Positions 39,701-50,664 of a stretch of DNA of 64,000 nt are shown one piece after another. Every line of letters begins with the position of its first letter. The first letter of the stretch is position 1. The stretch lies in NCBI GenBank assembly GCA_035221665.1, contig CM069149.1, positions 30,194,001-30,258,000 on the forward strand, given 5' to 3'. This DNA is from Okamejei kenojei. Lineage: Eukaryota. The notes under the pieces were generated by a model that saw nothing but the letters and a program-made list of their open reading frames with translations, did not search any database and had not been told where the DNA came from. A program made the position numbers and the translations under genes.

Positions 39701-41227
39701 CATTTCTAAACATTTCTCCCGCCCGTCTGCACCTCCTCCAGGCCCACCCTCTGTTTCTTGATTTCAAGTCAAGACCAAGAGTCAAGAGAGTTTATTGTCA
39801 TGTGTCCCTGACATGACAATAAAATTCTAGCTTTGCTTCAGAACAACAGAACATAGTAGGCATTGACTACAAAACAGATCAGTGTGTCCATATACCATTC
39901 TATACGTAAATACACACATGACTTGGGTCAGTGTCACCGCCTGACCCGCACCCATCACCTTGCCCAGTCTTTCCGGCCCTACGGCAGAGATCTACCCCTC
40001 CATTCCCGTCATCCCTCTGCATCCTCAAACCACGTCCAGATGAAGGATCGTTGAGCTGAAAGATTAACGCTTTCTCTCTCTCTGACCTACTGTGTATCTC
40101 CAGCATTTCCTGTTTTTTTTTATAGTCTTGAACCTTGGAAAAAGTTAGGTAAAGATCAGAATTAAACCAACAATTTCCATTCAAGGGAAGGGGCTGGACT
40201 GCAACAAGTCTGTACAAGGGGTGTACATGGTCCCCGTGCGAAGCCAGCTGGAGCGATGTGAGCAGTTCGGAAGCACACTCCAAACCAGGACGCCCTGATG
40301 GTGTCTGTGCCCTCCACCCAGGGTTTAATGCAGACTCCACAAACTAGGCAAGTTTAGCCTGGCATCTGGAGGATTCCTTCCTGATTTTTCAGATATAAAT
40401 CAGAACAACAAGGAGAGATAGAAAACGAGTGACTTTTATGATTGGGAAGCTGAGACACAATGGACTCAGTCTAACGGAGAGAATTAGTCTGCTGGGAAAC
40501 AGGGAACGTGAAAATAGGTTGGAAGTGTGAGTGGCTCTCCTGTAAATGGCAGCTGAAGGCATGCTGTTCACATTAAACATAAAGTTTCTGCTAATCAAGG
40601 CATATTAACAGGAAAAGAAGCTGGAGGGAGATGCGTCACGAAAGGGAGGGGCGACACTTGGAGGGAGAAACGTCACGTGGAGGGTGGGGCATCACAAAGT
40701 GGCTACAGATAATGATTAAATAACCAACTCCTCTTACAATGAAAACAGTATCCACAGGTTCATGGGTCACAGTGTACATGCTGAAACAAGGGCCAGTAGA
40801 TTGAGAGGTCAGTGTATTGGTCAGTGCAGGGGATGAGGTAATACTGTTCAATGGGATCAGAGTTCACAGTGCACCAGTCAGTACATGGGTGAGGGGTCAG
40901 TCTACACGAGGTCAGCAGGTTTAGGGGTCCTTGTGTACAGTAGCAGTGGTGTCAGGAGTCACGCTGTACCAGTCTATACAATGGTGGGGGGGGGGGGGGA
41001 ATTGCTCTGTACACGGGGTTAGTGGGTTCAGTGATTATGTGCGTGGATAACTGGGTTCAAGGGTCACACTGCACATGGGGTCAGGGGGTTCAGGGGTTAC
41101 ACCGTACAATGGGGTCAGTGAGTGAGGACAGGCTCAGTCTGTAAACAGGGTCGAGCTCAAGAGGAACTTGGGTCAAGGTGCATAATGAGCTGAAAGCCTC
41201 AGTCACTACGCTCGAGGGCAAACTCAC

Positions 41228-41266
41228 TGATTTCTCAAGTTCTGCTGCTGTACGACTTAAAAGGCC
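41228..41266 (-). CDS. Micro-exon 4 (39 nt) GLLSRTAAELEKS
   Basis: ccaatttcAG / GTgagtt; duplicate of micro-exon 3 with an in-frame 6-nt length difference. Confidence 0.7.
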
Positions 41267-41853
41267 CTGAAATTGGAAAGAAATAGGATCAAATCATTCA
41301 TCCATTATCATAAACCATTCGAGAAACAAGAGTGTGGAGGAGAGGAGTCTGGAAGATCTTTTATCACACAGTCAGTGAAGGAAATGAGCAGCATGGTTGG
41401 TGGGGCCAGGGGTCAGTTTGTGCACTGTGTGTGGGGTCAGGGTAGGGGGAGCACAGTGAGTTGGGGCAGTCCAGTCAGCACATGGGTGAGGGGTCAGTCT
41501 ATACAAGGTCAGCAGGTTTAGGGGCCCTTGTGAACAGTAGCAGTGGTGTCAGGAGTAACGCTGTACCAGTCTATACAGTGGAGGGGGGTGGGGGGGGATT
41601 GCTCTGTACACAGGGTTAGTGGGTTCAGTGATTATGTGCGTGGATCACTGGGTTCACGGGTCACACTGCTTACATGGATCAGGAGGTTCAAGGGTCACAC
41701 TGCACATGGGGTCAGGGGTTCAGGGGTTACACCCTACATGGAGGTCATGAAGTGAGGACAGGCTCTGTAGACAGGGTCTAGTTCAAGAGGAACATGGGTC
41801 AAGGTGCATAATGAGCTGAAAGCCTCAGTCACTACACTAGAGGGCAAACTCAC

Positions 41854-41898
41854 TGATTTCTCAGCTTCTGCTGATGTAGGTGTACGGCTTAACAATCC
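41854..41898 (-). CDS. Micro-exon 3 (45 nt) GLLSRTPTSAEAEKS
   Basis: ccaattttAG / GTgagtt. Confidence 0.7.
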
Positions 41899-42209
41899 CT
41901 AAAATTGGAAAGAAATAGAATCAAATCATTCATCCATTATCATAAACCATTCAGGACAAAAGTGTGTGGAGGAGAGGAGCCCAGAAGATCTTTTATCACA
42001 CAGTCAGTGAAGTAAATGAGAAGCATGGTTGGTGGGGCCAAGGATCAGTCTGTGCACTGTGTGTGGGGTCAGGGTAGGGGGAGCAGAGTGAGTTGGTGCA
42101 GGTGACTGTGTTTAGGACAGTGGAGCCAGGGGTCACTCTGTAGAAATGGTGAGTGGGGTCATGGGTAACAGTATTCACAGGTGAGTGGGGTTGTCATTCC
42201 CTCTATGGC

Positions 42210-42510
42210 CTGGGCGCAGCGGTAGAGTTTATACATTACAGCGCCAGGGTCCCCGGTTCTCTCCTAGCTACAAGTGCTGTCTGTACGGAGTTTGGACGTT
42301 CTCCCAGTGACTGCGTGGGTTTTCCCCGGGTGCTCCAGTTTCCTCCCACACACCAAAGATGTACAGGTTTGTAGGTTAATTGGTTTCTGTAAAAACTGTA
42401 AATTGTCCCTAGTGTGCAGGATAGTGCTAGTGTACGGGAATTGCTGGTTGGTGCTGACTTGGTGGGCCAAAGGGCCTGTTTCCGCACGGAATCTCTAAAC
42501 TAAACTAAAC
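42210..42510 (+). mobile_element. tRNA-derived SINE
   Basis: A-box-like GGCGCAGCGGTAG and B-box-like GGTTC head, conserved core, CR1-like tail ending (CTAAA)n. Confidence 0.85.
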
Positions 42511-42527
42511 TGCTGGAGCTAACTCAC

Positions 42528-42572
42528 TTGTTTGTCTGCCAGCCTGCTCATTGTTGCACGTTCTATATTATC
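42528..42572 (-). CDS. Micro-exon 2 (45 nt) DNIERATMSRLADKQ
   Basis: atcttttAG / GTgagtt. Confidence 0.7.
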
Positions 42573-43236
42573 CTAAAAGATAAAGAGGTAAACCCACCAA
42601 TAATCTCCAGGCCCGCTCTCAGTGTAAATCTGAACAGGCCAGGGTGCCCGGAATGGTTCCCTGCACTGGGTGTGAGGGGTATGGACATCAACCTGACATA
42701 ATTATCCCTTATACAGGGTCGGGAATCACTGGACATCAGGACAGGGATCAGGGTTCTGTCTATACTTGGGGCCAGGGGTCACAGGGCACAAGACCATGGT
42801 CACCATACAGAGGGTTAGAGTTTCCAGTGGTCATTCTAGGCCCAGGTTCCAAAGGGACAGAGATTTCTCTGTACTCATGACCAGGGATCACTGAACACAG
42901 AGTCTGAGAGGTCAAGCAACGCTCCGTATACAGGGTAGGTGCGATCAATTTATTGGGGCAGCAGGGAAGGGGGTCTCTCTCTCTCTGTACAGAGGGTGAG
43001 GGTGTGCAAGGGTTTTTTGATAAACACAGGGTGAGCAGGGTCAGGGGGTTACTGTGTACTAGATGTGAGTGGGGTCAGGGGTCACTGTATTTGCAGCGTG
43101 AATGGGGTCAGGGGTCACTGTACTCGCAGGGTGAGTGGGGTCAGGGGTCACTGTACTCGCAGGGTGAGTGGGGTCAGGGGTCACTGTACTCATAGGGTGA
43201 GTGGGGTTGACGTCCCTTCTACCTGAACTAACTCAC

Positions 43237-43281
43237 ATGTCTCACTGCCAAGTAGCTTCCTGCCTCAAGTTCTCCATCATC
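43237..43281 (-). CDS. Micro-exon 1 (45 nt) DDGELEAGSYLAVRH
   Basis: ctgctttAG / GTgagtt; symmetric phase 0; open frame. Confidence 0.7.
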
Positions 43282-44708
43282 CTAAAGCAGAAACACAGAG
43301 AGAAATTCATCAACTGATGCTGGGGGTCTGTGCTGATCCCCTGGGTCGGCACCTCAGTGGAAGAGCAGGTAGTATCCTCGAGGGTGTGACTGCAGTCTGG
43401 TGGAGGGACACGACGAGAACTGGACAACGGCCACTGGTGAAGGGTGACAATATAGCAGCGTTACTGGAGCATGGTGGACATTGCTGCCCTGGCCCTCGTG
43501 AAAACAACGGAGATGGCTAAATGGCCTTTGAACCAAGCACGTGGGCCTCCACGACCATGGACTGGGTGGGCCGAATGGTCTGATGTAAGGCCTGCAGAAC
43601 CTGCGCATAGTGGGTACTCACAAGCACAGCGTGAAATTAGCTGTAGATACTTGTGATCACAACGGGAAGTGTGTCTGCAGAACCTGTGAACTGTGTGAAG
43701 CGGGTGGGTGGATAATGATGAACACAGTGAGACGTGAGACTGCTGACACTCATGCACACAGTGTTAAGTAGGCTTGTGAATACTCACGAACACGGTGTGA
43801 AACAGCTTTCTGGATAATTGTGAAGAACAGGATGTGGGCTCAAGGATGTTAGCTCAAAGTGGGACGTGGGGCAGTGGGTGTAACAGAGCAGGAAGTGTGT
43901 CAGTCAACACCTATAAACACAGCTGAAGGTGAGCAGTAGTGAATACAGTGGGGTGGGCTCATGGAGACACCTGAACACAATGGGAAGAGGCCTGCAGACA
44001 CCGTAAACACAATGTGATGTAGGCTTGTGAACACGTGAGCAAAGTGTGAAGTGGGCCTATGGATACTTGTGAACACAGTGTGAAGTGGGCTTGTGAAGGT
44101 TAGCACAAAGTGGGATGAGGAGCAGTGACATGGCAAGTAGGAAGTGCACTAGAAAACTCTTGCAAACTCAGCTAAAGGTGACCAGTAGTGCACAGGTGGG
44201 AAGTGGGGTTGTGGCCACTTGTGAACTCATTGGGCAATGGACGTCACTAGTAAACATTGGAATGGATTAATGGGCTAGTTGTGGATGGTCTAGTCTAGTG
44301 GATACTAGTGAATGCAATCAGGAGTGGATTAATGGACACTGGTGAACACTGTGAAGATCAGTGGTGGGATGCACTTGTTTACCTCGATGTTGATTCAGGA
44401 CATGTGTAAGCCTATGTCAGGAAGAGAGTGTGTAGGAAACTAAATATTCCAACTCCCTGGACCGGTCGTCTAATTCTCTCCACCTTCGACTTTGAAAATC
44501 AGTCTTTACAGGCTCAGTCTAAACAACTACTCATCCCTCTCACAACCTTTAGCGATTGTGCTGCCATGTCCAGCGGCGATGGAACCCAAACCAGATCCAT
44601 CCTTGTGCATGTACTCAAATCCATCCATGATTGTATCACCCTGTGGTAGCAGAATCTCTGGTACAAATGAGCAGGCAACACTTCCCTCCCCTCTCCTCAG
44701 AAGCTTAC

Positions 44709-44815
44709 CTTTGGCATCCGTTTGCGTGTGATATTCTGTCCCAGCCTGGTGAGGAACGAGATGGGCGATTTTGTGGTAACCCCAATGGTGGATGAGTGAA
44801 ATCCCAGTAGGTATT
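44709..44815 (-). CDS. MICAL3: MICAL3-like exon after CH domain (107 nt, phase 1-0); last conventional exon before the micro-exon array
   Basis: cccctacAG / GTaagc. (E)YLLGFHSSTIGVTTKSPISFLTRLGQNITRKRMPK resembles MICAL3 'STRSPISFLSKLGQTISRKRSPK'. Confidence 0.9.
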
Positions 44816-46044
44816 CTGTAGGGGAGAAGTCCATTCATAACTTTAGCCCAGTGGCTGCAAACGCAGAACGAGTCAGTGCAGCTGATATAAGTCGCCTATA
44901 TGAACAGGACCTGCCACTTAAACCTGTTCCGTTGAACCAAACTCTAAATCAGACCCACTTTCTTTCATATTCTGGGTCAACAGTAGATAAATGTAACAGA
45001 TGCCTAGAATCAAGCTAGTACAGTTCTAGCCACCATACTGCAGGAAGGATGTGGGGACAGAGGGAGCGCAGAAGAGATTCACCAGGCATCTTGCCTGGAA
45101 TGGATGGCTGTAGTTAAAAGGAACGATTGAAGAGACTGGGGTTATTCTTTATGCAGGACTTTGGGAGAATATCAGGTAGTGGTCACTCTTGCTTAGAATG
45201 AAGAATTAATGGGCTTCTGCATTGGAATCTGTGATTGCATGATATACATTGGTAAATATTCTCAATAACCCACCCTAATTAAAGACCACAAACAAATGCA
45301 TCATTGAAGGAGCATCCGGCTCATCAAATTATTGACAGTTCTTTGAGACAATTCAGTCTGGCCTAACTGCCTGCTCTTTCGCTTAACCCTGCAATTTCTT
45401 TATCTTCCAGACTTTTCCAATTCCCTTGCCTCTGAATCTGGTGGCATGCACCCCTGAAGCTAACCACTTACTGCATTTGTTTTTCTCCTTACAACCCTGA
45501 TTCTTAAGCACACCAATTTAAATCTGTTCCCCTATGGTGTCAATCAAACTCACGATTTCCGATCATTGGTCAAGACCCTGTGGTACCTGATCAATAACAG
45601 GATAATATCTCAATCTGTAACACATGTCACGTGCTAATAATCACATATCAACAGCCACATCCTGGATTAGTGGCCCTTTCACAAGGTGGAATAGCTGGAG
45701 TACAAATCTAACGAATATGACTACACTTACCATACGCTTGAATACCAGTACAGACCAGAGTGCTAACCACAAATAGACCAGTACAGACCAGAGTATCAAC
45801 CACTTAACACTACGACAATATTACTCTTGGAGTATTAGTCCTTTACCACAAAAACTGTACTATACCCTGGAGTATTAGCTAATTAACAAAATGATTGTAT
45901 CACCACAAAATGGAGATGTTATTTAACACAGGTTCACTGATAGTTCTGCTATAAAGCAAAAGTTGTGTTCCTAAGAAAGTTTGTTCTATAGTTAACTTTG
46001 AATCTGGTGGCATGTGTTATAAAACAATTGTGCCAAAGGAGAAA

Positions 46045-46076
<32 letters not shown>

Positions 46077-47184
46077 GGGGCTAGAGAGTTTCAGATTCAC
46101 AGTAACAGCATTATTTTTCACACGGGATTTTCAAAAATAAAGGTATTTAAGTTTGGTTTTGTTACTGCAAGCTAAAAACACTGAAGATTGTATGTTACGT
46201 TGTTGAATTGAGTTCCATTGCACCAGTGGCAATAAAAGTGACAAAGTACTATTTTCAAGACCTCCAGCAGTGAATTGTGTTCTTAAGAGAGAATGGTGTC
46301 TGATTATTGCAAGCAGGTTGCATGGGAGCAATTAATTTCTTTTCCCCAAGGCAGCTGTTATTCTGCTTGTTAATTTTCAAAGTAACTTTGAAGTGGTTCT
46401 CTAGCTCCCGATACAATTTGGCCCTCGTAATACAAATACTGTTCTCTAAATAACGGAAATGCACCTTAATGGAATTCATAAATCATTGTCCAAAAATTTG
46501 AGATACAGAATAAAATTTGCTCTTATGGAAATTATGTGGGTAAAACGTAAATAAATCAACATAATTTTATTTCAACTGACAATTCTCAATGGATGCACGA
46601 GTAGGTGACGTGGCTTTGCATTGTGGAAAATCACAATAAGGGTCAATTGCTAAAAACACAACCCCCTTCCCCCCAAGAGGTCATCTGTACAGATTCATTT
46701 ACTCCATGGCTATACTACAACAACTTGCAGTATTCATTTATTAACACAATGGCGCTACCACATCCTGAAGCCCAAGTCTCCTGTGAGTCCCTCTCTCTCC
46801 AAACAGTCCAGCTCCCCACTGATGGCTCACGCTTCTCACTGGGACCATATGCCAGGGATGAATTCCCAATCCTCCAACCTACCTCGTTGCAGCCTCTGCA
46901 CTTTTTTAAAATCTGCAACTTCTCTGCAGCTGTAACACTATATTCTGCACTCTGTTTATCTTCCTTCTTTCACTACCTGATGTACTCATATAGCACGCAA
47001 AACAAAGTTTTCCACTGTATCTCCCACACTCCAAAGAAGTACAGGTTTGTAGGTTAATGGGCTTGGTATAAATGTAAAATTGGCCCCAGCGGGTGAAGTG
47101 TTGATGTGCGGGGATTGCTGGTCGGTGCGGACTCGGTAGGCCCGAAGAGCTTGTTACCGCACTGCAGCTTTAAACTAAACTAAG

Positions 47185-49138
47185 GAAGACACAAACAATC
47201 TCCCAGAAATACTAGGGGACCAAGGATCTAGTGGGAGGGAGGAACCCAATTTGGTCAGGAAACGGAGTTAGGTAAACCGTTGGGACTGAAAGCAGATAAA
47301 TCCCCAGGGCCTGATGGTCTGCATCTCAGAGTACACAAGGAGGTGGCCCTAGAAATCAAGGATGCATTGGTGATCAATTTCCAATGTTCTCTCGACTCTG
47401 GATCAGTTCCTGTGGACTGGAGGGTAGCCAATGTAACTCCGCTTTTTAAGAAAGGAGGGAGAGAGAAAACAGGGAATTATAGACCAGTTAGTCTTACATC
47501 GGCAGAGGGGAATATGCTCGAGATGATTATTAAAGATGTTATAGCAGCACATTTGGAAAACAGTGAGAGGATCAGTCAAAGTCAGCATGGATTTATGAAG
47601 GGGGAATCATGGATGATTTATCTTCTGGAATTTTTCGAGGATGTAACAAGTAGAATGGATAAGGGAGAGCTAGTGGATATGGTGTATCTGAACTTTCAAA
47701 AGGCTTTTGACAAGGTCCCACATTATAGATTAGTGTGCAAAATTAGAGCACACGTTATTGGGGGTAGGGTACTGACATGGATAGAGAACTGGTTGGCAGA
47801 CAGGAAGCAAAGAGTAGGGATTAACGAGTCCTTGGGAGTGACTAGTGGGGTGTCGCAAGGCTCGGTGCTGAGACCCCAGTTATTTACAATATATATTAAC
47901 CATTTAGATGTGGGAATTAAATGTGACATCTCCAAGTTTGCAGATGACACAAAGCTGGGTGGCAGTGTGAGCTGCGAGCAGGATGCCATGAGGCTGCAGG
48001 ATGACTTGGATAGGTTGGGTGAGTGGGCAGATGCATGGCAGATGCAGAATAATGTGGATAAATGTGAGGTTATCCACATAGATGGCAAGAACAGGAAGGC
48101 AGATTATCTGAATGGTAGACACAAAATGCTGGAGTAACTCAGAAGGACAGGCAGCATCTGTGGAAAGGAATGGGTGAAGTTTCAGGTTGAGACCCTTCAT
48201 CAGACTGATGACAGGGGAGTGGGCGGGACAGAGATAGAGTGTAATCTGAGACAGTAAGACTGGCGGGAGATCTGGGAAGGGGGAGGGGATGGAGAGAGAG
48301 GGAAAGCAAAGGCTATTTGAAGTTAGAGAAGTTGATCTTCATATCGCTGGGGTTTAAGCTACGCAAGCAAAATATTATCTGGTGTCAGATTAGGAAAAGG
48401 GGAGGTGCAATGTGACCTGGTGTGCTTGTACATCAGTCACTGAAAGTAAGCATGCAGATACAGCAGGCAGTGAAGAAAGCTAATGTTGGCCTATTTTCTA
48501 GGTTTCATTGCGAGAGGATTTGCGTTTAGGAGCAAAGAGGTCCTACTGCAGTTGTACAGGGCCCTGGTGAGACCGCACCTAGAGTATTGTGTGCAATTTT
48601 GGTCTCCTAATTTGAGGAAGGACATTATTGCTATTGAGGGAGTGCAGCGTAGGTTCACCAGGTTAATTCCCGGGATGGAGGGACTGACATATGATGAAAG
48701 AATGGGTCGACTGGGCTTGTATTCACTTGAATTTAGAAGGATGAGAGGAGATCTTATAGAAACATATAAAATTCTCAAAGGATTGGACAGGCTAGATGCA
48801 GGAAAAAATTTCCCGATGTTGGGGGAGTCCAAAACCAAGGTTCACATTTAAGAATAAGGGGTAGGCCATTTAGGAGTGAGATGAGGAAAAACTTTTTCAC
48901 CCAGAGAGTTGTGAATCTGTGGAATTCTCTGCCACATAAGGCAATGGAGGCCAATTAATTGAGTGTTTTCAAGAGGGTTAGATTTAGCTCTTAGGGCTAA
49001 AGGAATCAAGGGATATGGGGAAAATGCAGGAACGGTACTGATTTTAGATGATCAACCATGATCATTTTGAATGGTGGTGCTGGCTCCAAGGGCCGAATGA
49101 CCTACTCCTGCACCTATTTTTCTATGTTTCTATGTTCT
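47185..49138 (+). mobile_element. 5'-truncated CR1 LINE (ORF2 RT domain and 3' UTR), interrupted by a Penelope-derived insert at ~48115-48375
   Basis: ORFs 47280-48137 (KSPGPDG, NYRPVSLTS, AFDKVPH, QGSVL, KFADDTK) and 48483-48851 (LVRPHLEYCVQFWSP); (TTCTATGT)n tail. Confidence 0.95.
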
Positions 49139-49194
49139 AAACTAAACACGGTAGATTTTTTTTCAAATAAAATGCACTGAATGCATCTGCTCAC

Positions 49195-49388
49195 CATCAG
49201 GAGGGATGTCCTTGAGCATTTCGTAGAACTGCAGCAGGTACATCACCATGCTCAGTTTGTCCGGTTCACCCACGGATGCCATCTCCTTCCCTGTCATTAT
49301 GGGCGAAATCCCAAACTCACGCTCGGCAATGTCGAATGCCAGCTGGTTATTGCTCTCCACATTCTTCTCGTTCAGCTGCTGAAAGTCG
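49195..49388 (-). CDS. MICAL3: MICAL3-like exon, CH domain second half (194 nt, phase 2-1)
   Basis: cctgcAG / GTgagc. (I)[64 protein letters not shown](E). Confidence 0.96.
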
Positions 49389-50516
49389 CTGCAGGCAAAC
49401 GGGAAGGAACATTGGGTTAATTGATCAATTGGTCAGGTAGTCACAGGACTTGCTGGGTGGATTGACTGGCTGAACAAGTTGTCCTTGCACTGAAAAGTGA
49501 ATCAGCTACGGCCCAGAACAGGAAAATGGGTGATCTCGCTGAAATATGGCTGACTGAGTTTAACAAGATTTTGCTCTTTGGTGGTGGTGTGGGGGGGGGG
49601 GGGGGGGGTCGGGGGAATCTAATACTAAGTAGTATTGTTTCAGAATTCAGGGCTGCCTATTTAAGGTGAATTATTTCCTCTCAGGGGCTGTGACTCTTTG
49701 GATGGCACATCACTTAATACAGGCTGAGGTAACAGAAATAATTTGAATACTGGGCACAGGAGTTCAGGACTAAGATCAGATCAGTCACAGCCGCCTGATG
49801 TCATGAAATTCAAGCATTCTTTGCCCATCAGCCACTAGGAAGGCAGATTCCCCAGCCCTCCAAAAAACGAATCAACCTGATAGCTGTATACATGCTGTGA
49901 GTTTACTCTCACTGTTACTGAGACTAACATTTTTTTCCTCCATCGGAATATCAACACCTGCAGTAAGATGCAGTGCACATCTCACCTGTTAGAGCACTCT
50001 ATTATTATCCAGAAGGTCAAAGGAAGCAAGGCTCCTCCAAGATTACTCACCATCCGTCACGTCCTTAAAAATCCTACAACCCTCATCCCCCATCAACACT
50101 ATGAAAACATTCACTTCTAACATTTCTCAGTGGATGGTAATAAATGCTGGCCGTGTTCCAGAAAGTAATCAAAATCTAACACATTGACCTAATTAATTTA
50201 CACTGCTGACAGGACACTCAAGGATTCTGCACTGGATTTCAGTGAGAGGCCAGCCGAGACAGGAAAACGCATCACGCACACACAACAGAAGACTCCAGTG
50301 AGACCGCAACATAAGCTTCAGTTGCATCCAAACATCCCAAATAACGTACGAGGAGCCCAAATTCAATATAATAATTGGTACGTCACCACTGCTGCATAAC
50401 CTCAGTGCCAGCAGTAACATTTGGCTTTGATGCAGGAGAGAGGGAGCTCTGTATGTAATGGTTCCAGTTCCCCACTGGCCCCTCAAAGCAGGCAGGACAC
50501 AGCTGCAGACACTCAC

Positions 50517-50664
50517 ATCTGGTCTGGGCGGTATCGATGGATGATGGCACAGAGCGCCAGTCCGCTCTTCCACGATGTTGTCAGGTCGACCACGTTGACA
50601 TTCTTGTAGCCCTGCGTTTGCTTCTGGCACCAGGCTAGCAACACATTGGACCGCGCCAAGGTGT
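50517..50664 (-). CDS. MICAL3: MICAL3-like exon, CH domain first half (148 nt, phase 1-2)
   Basis: tttacAG / GTgagt. (D)[48 protein letters not shown](I); type-2 calponin homology motif. Confidence 0.96.

Larger units (their letters stand above)
40840..42100. repeat. ~625-bp tandem duplication carrying micro-exons 3 and 4
   Basis: 40870-41460 ~ 41470-42095; exon starts 41228 vs 41854. Confidence 0.85.
10990..43210 (+). repeat. Dispersed G-rich ~33-nt satellite (ACAGGGTGAGTGGGGTCAGGGGTCACYGTGTTC) filling the array introns
   Basis: Clean tandem runs at ~23910-24180, 27870-28095, 18400-18520 and 43060-43210; degenerate copies throughout. Confidence 0.9.

Noticed and set aside
12700-43300. Constant flanks around variable ~45-nt inserts, resembling a CRISPR array or V(D)J segments
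   Set aside because: Eukaryotic context with spacing of 0.4-3.7 kb; the constant flanks are splice sites; no cas genes. CACAGTG/CACTGTG words occur in the satellite, but I saw no heptamer-12/23-nonamer signals at cassette edges.
44383-44411. Candidate 29-nt exon (catAG / GTaaac)
   Set aside because: Not a multiple of 3 and would put the array out of frame. It could only pair with the 43-nt candidate at 9640-9682; there is no homology support.
44527-44838. 103-aa ORF MNGLLPYR...
   Set aside because: Overlaps the real 44709-44815 exon in the wrong frame and runs into intron.
46045-46075. ~30-nt poly-G run
   Set aside because: Simple homopolymer of uncertain length; no evidence of function.
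47280-48851. Reverse transcriptase as a possible domesticated or defence RT
   Set aside because: Ordinary 5'-truncated CR1 with an insertion and deletions.
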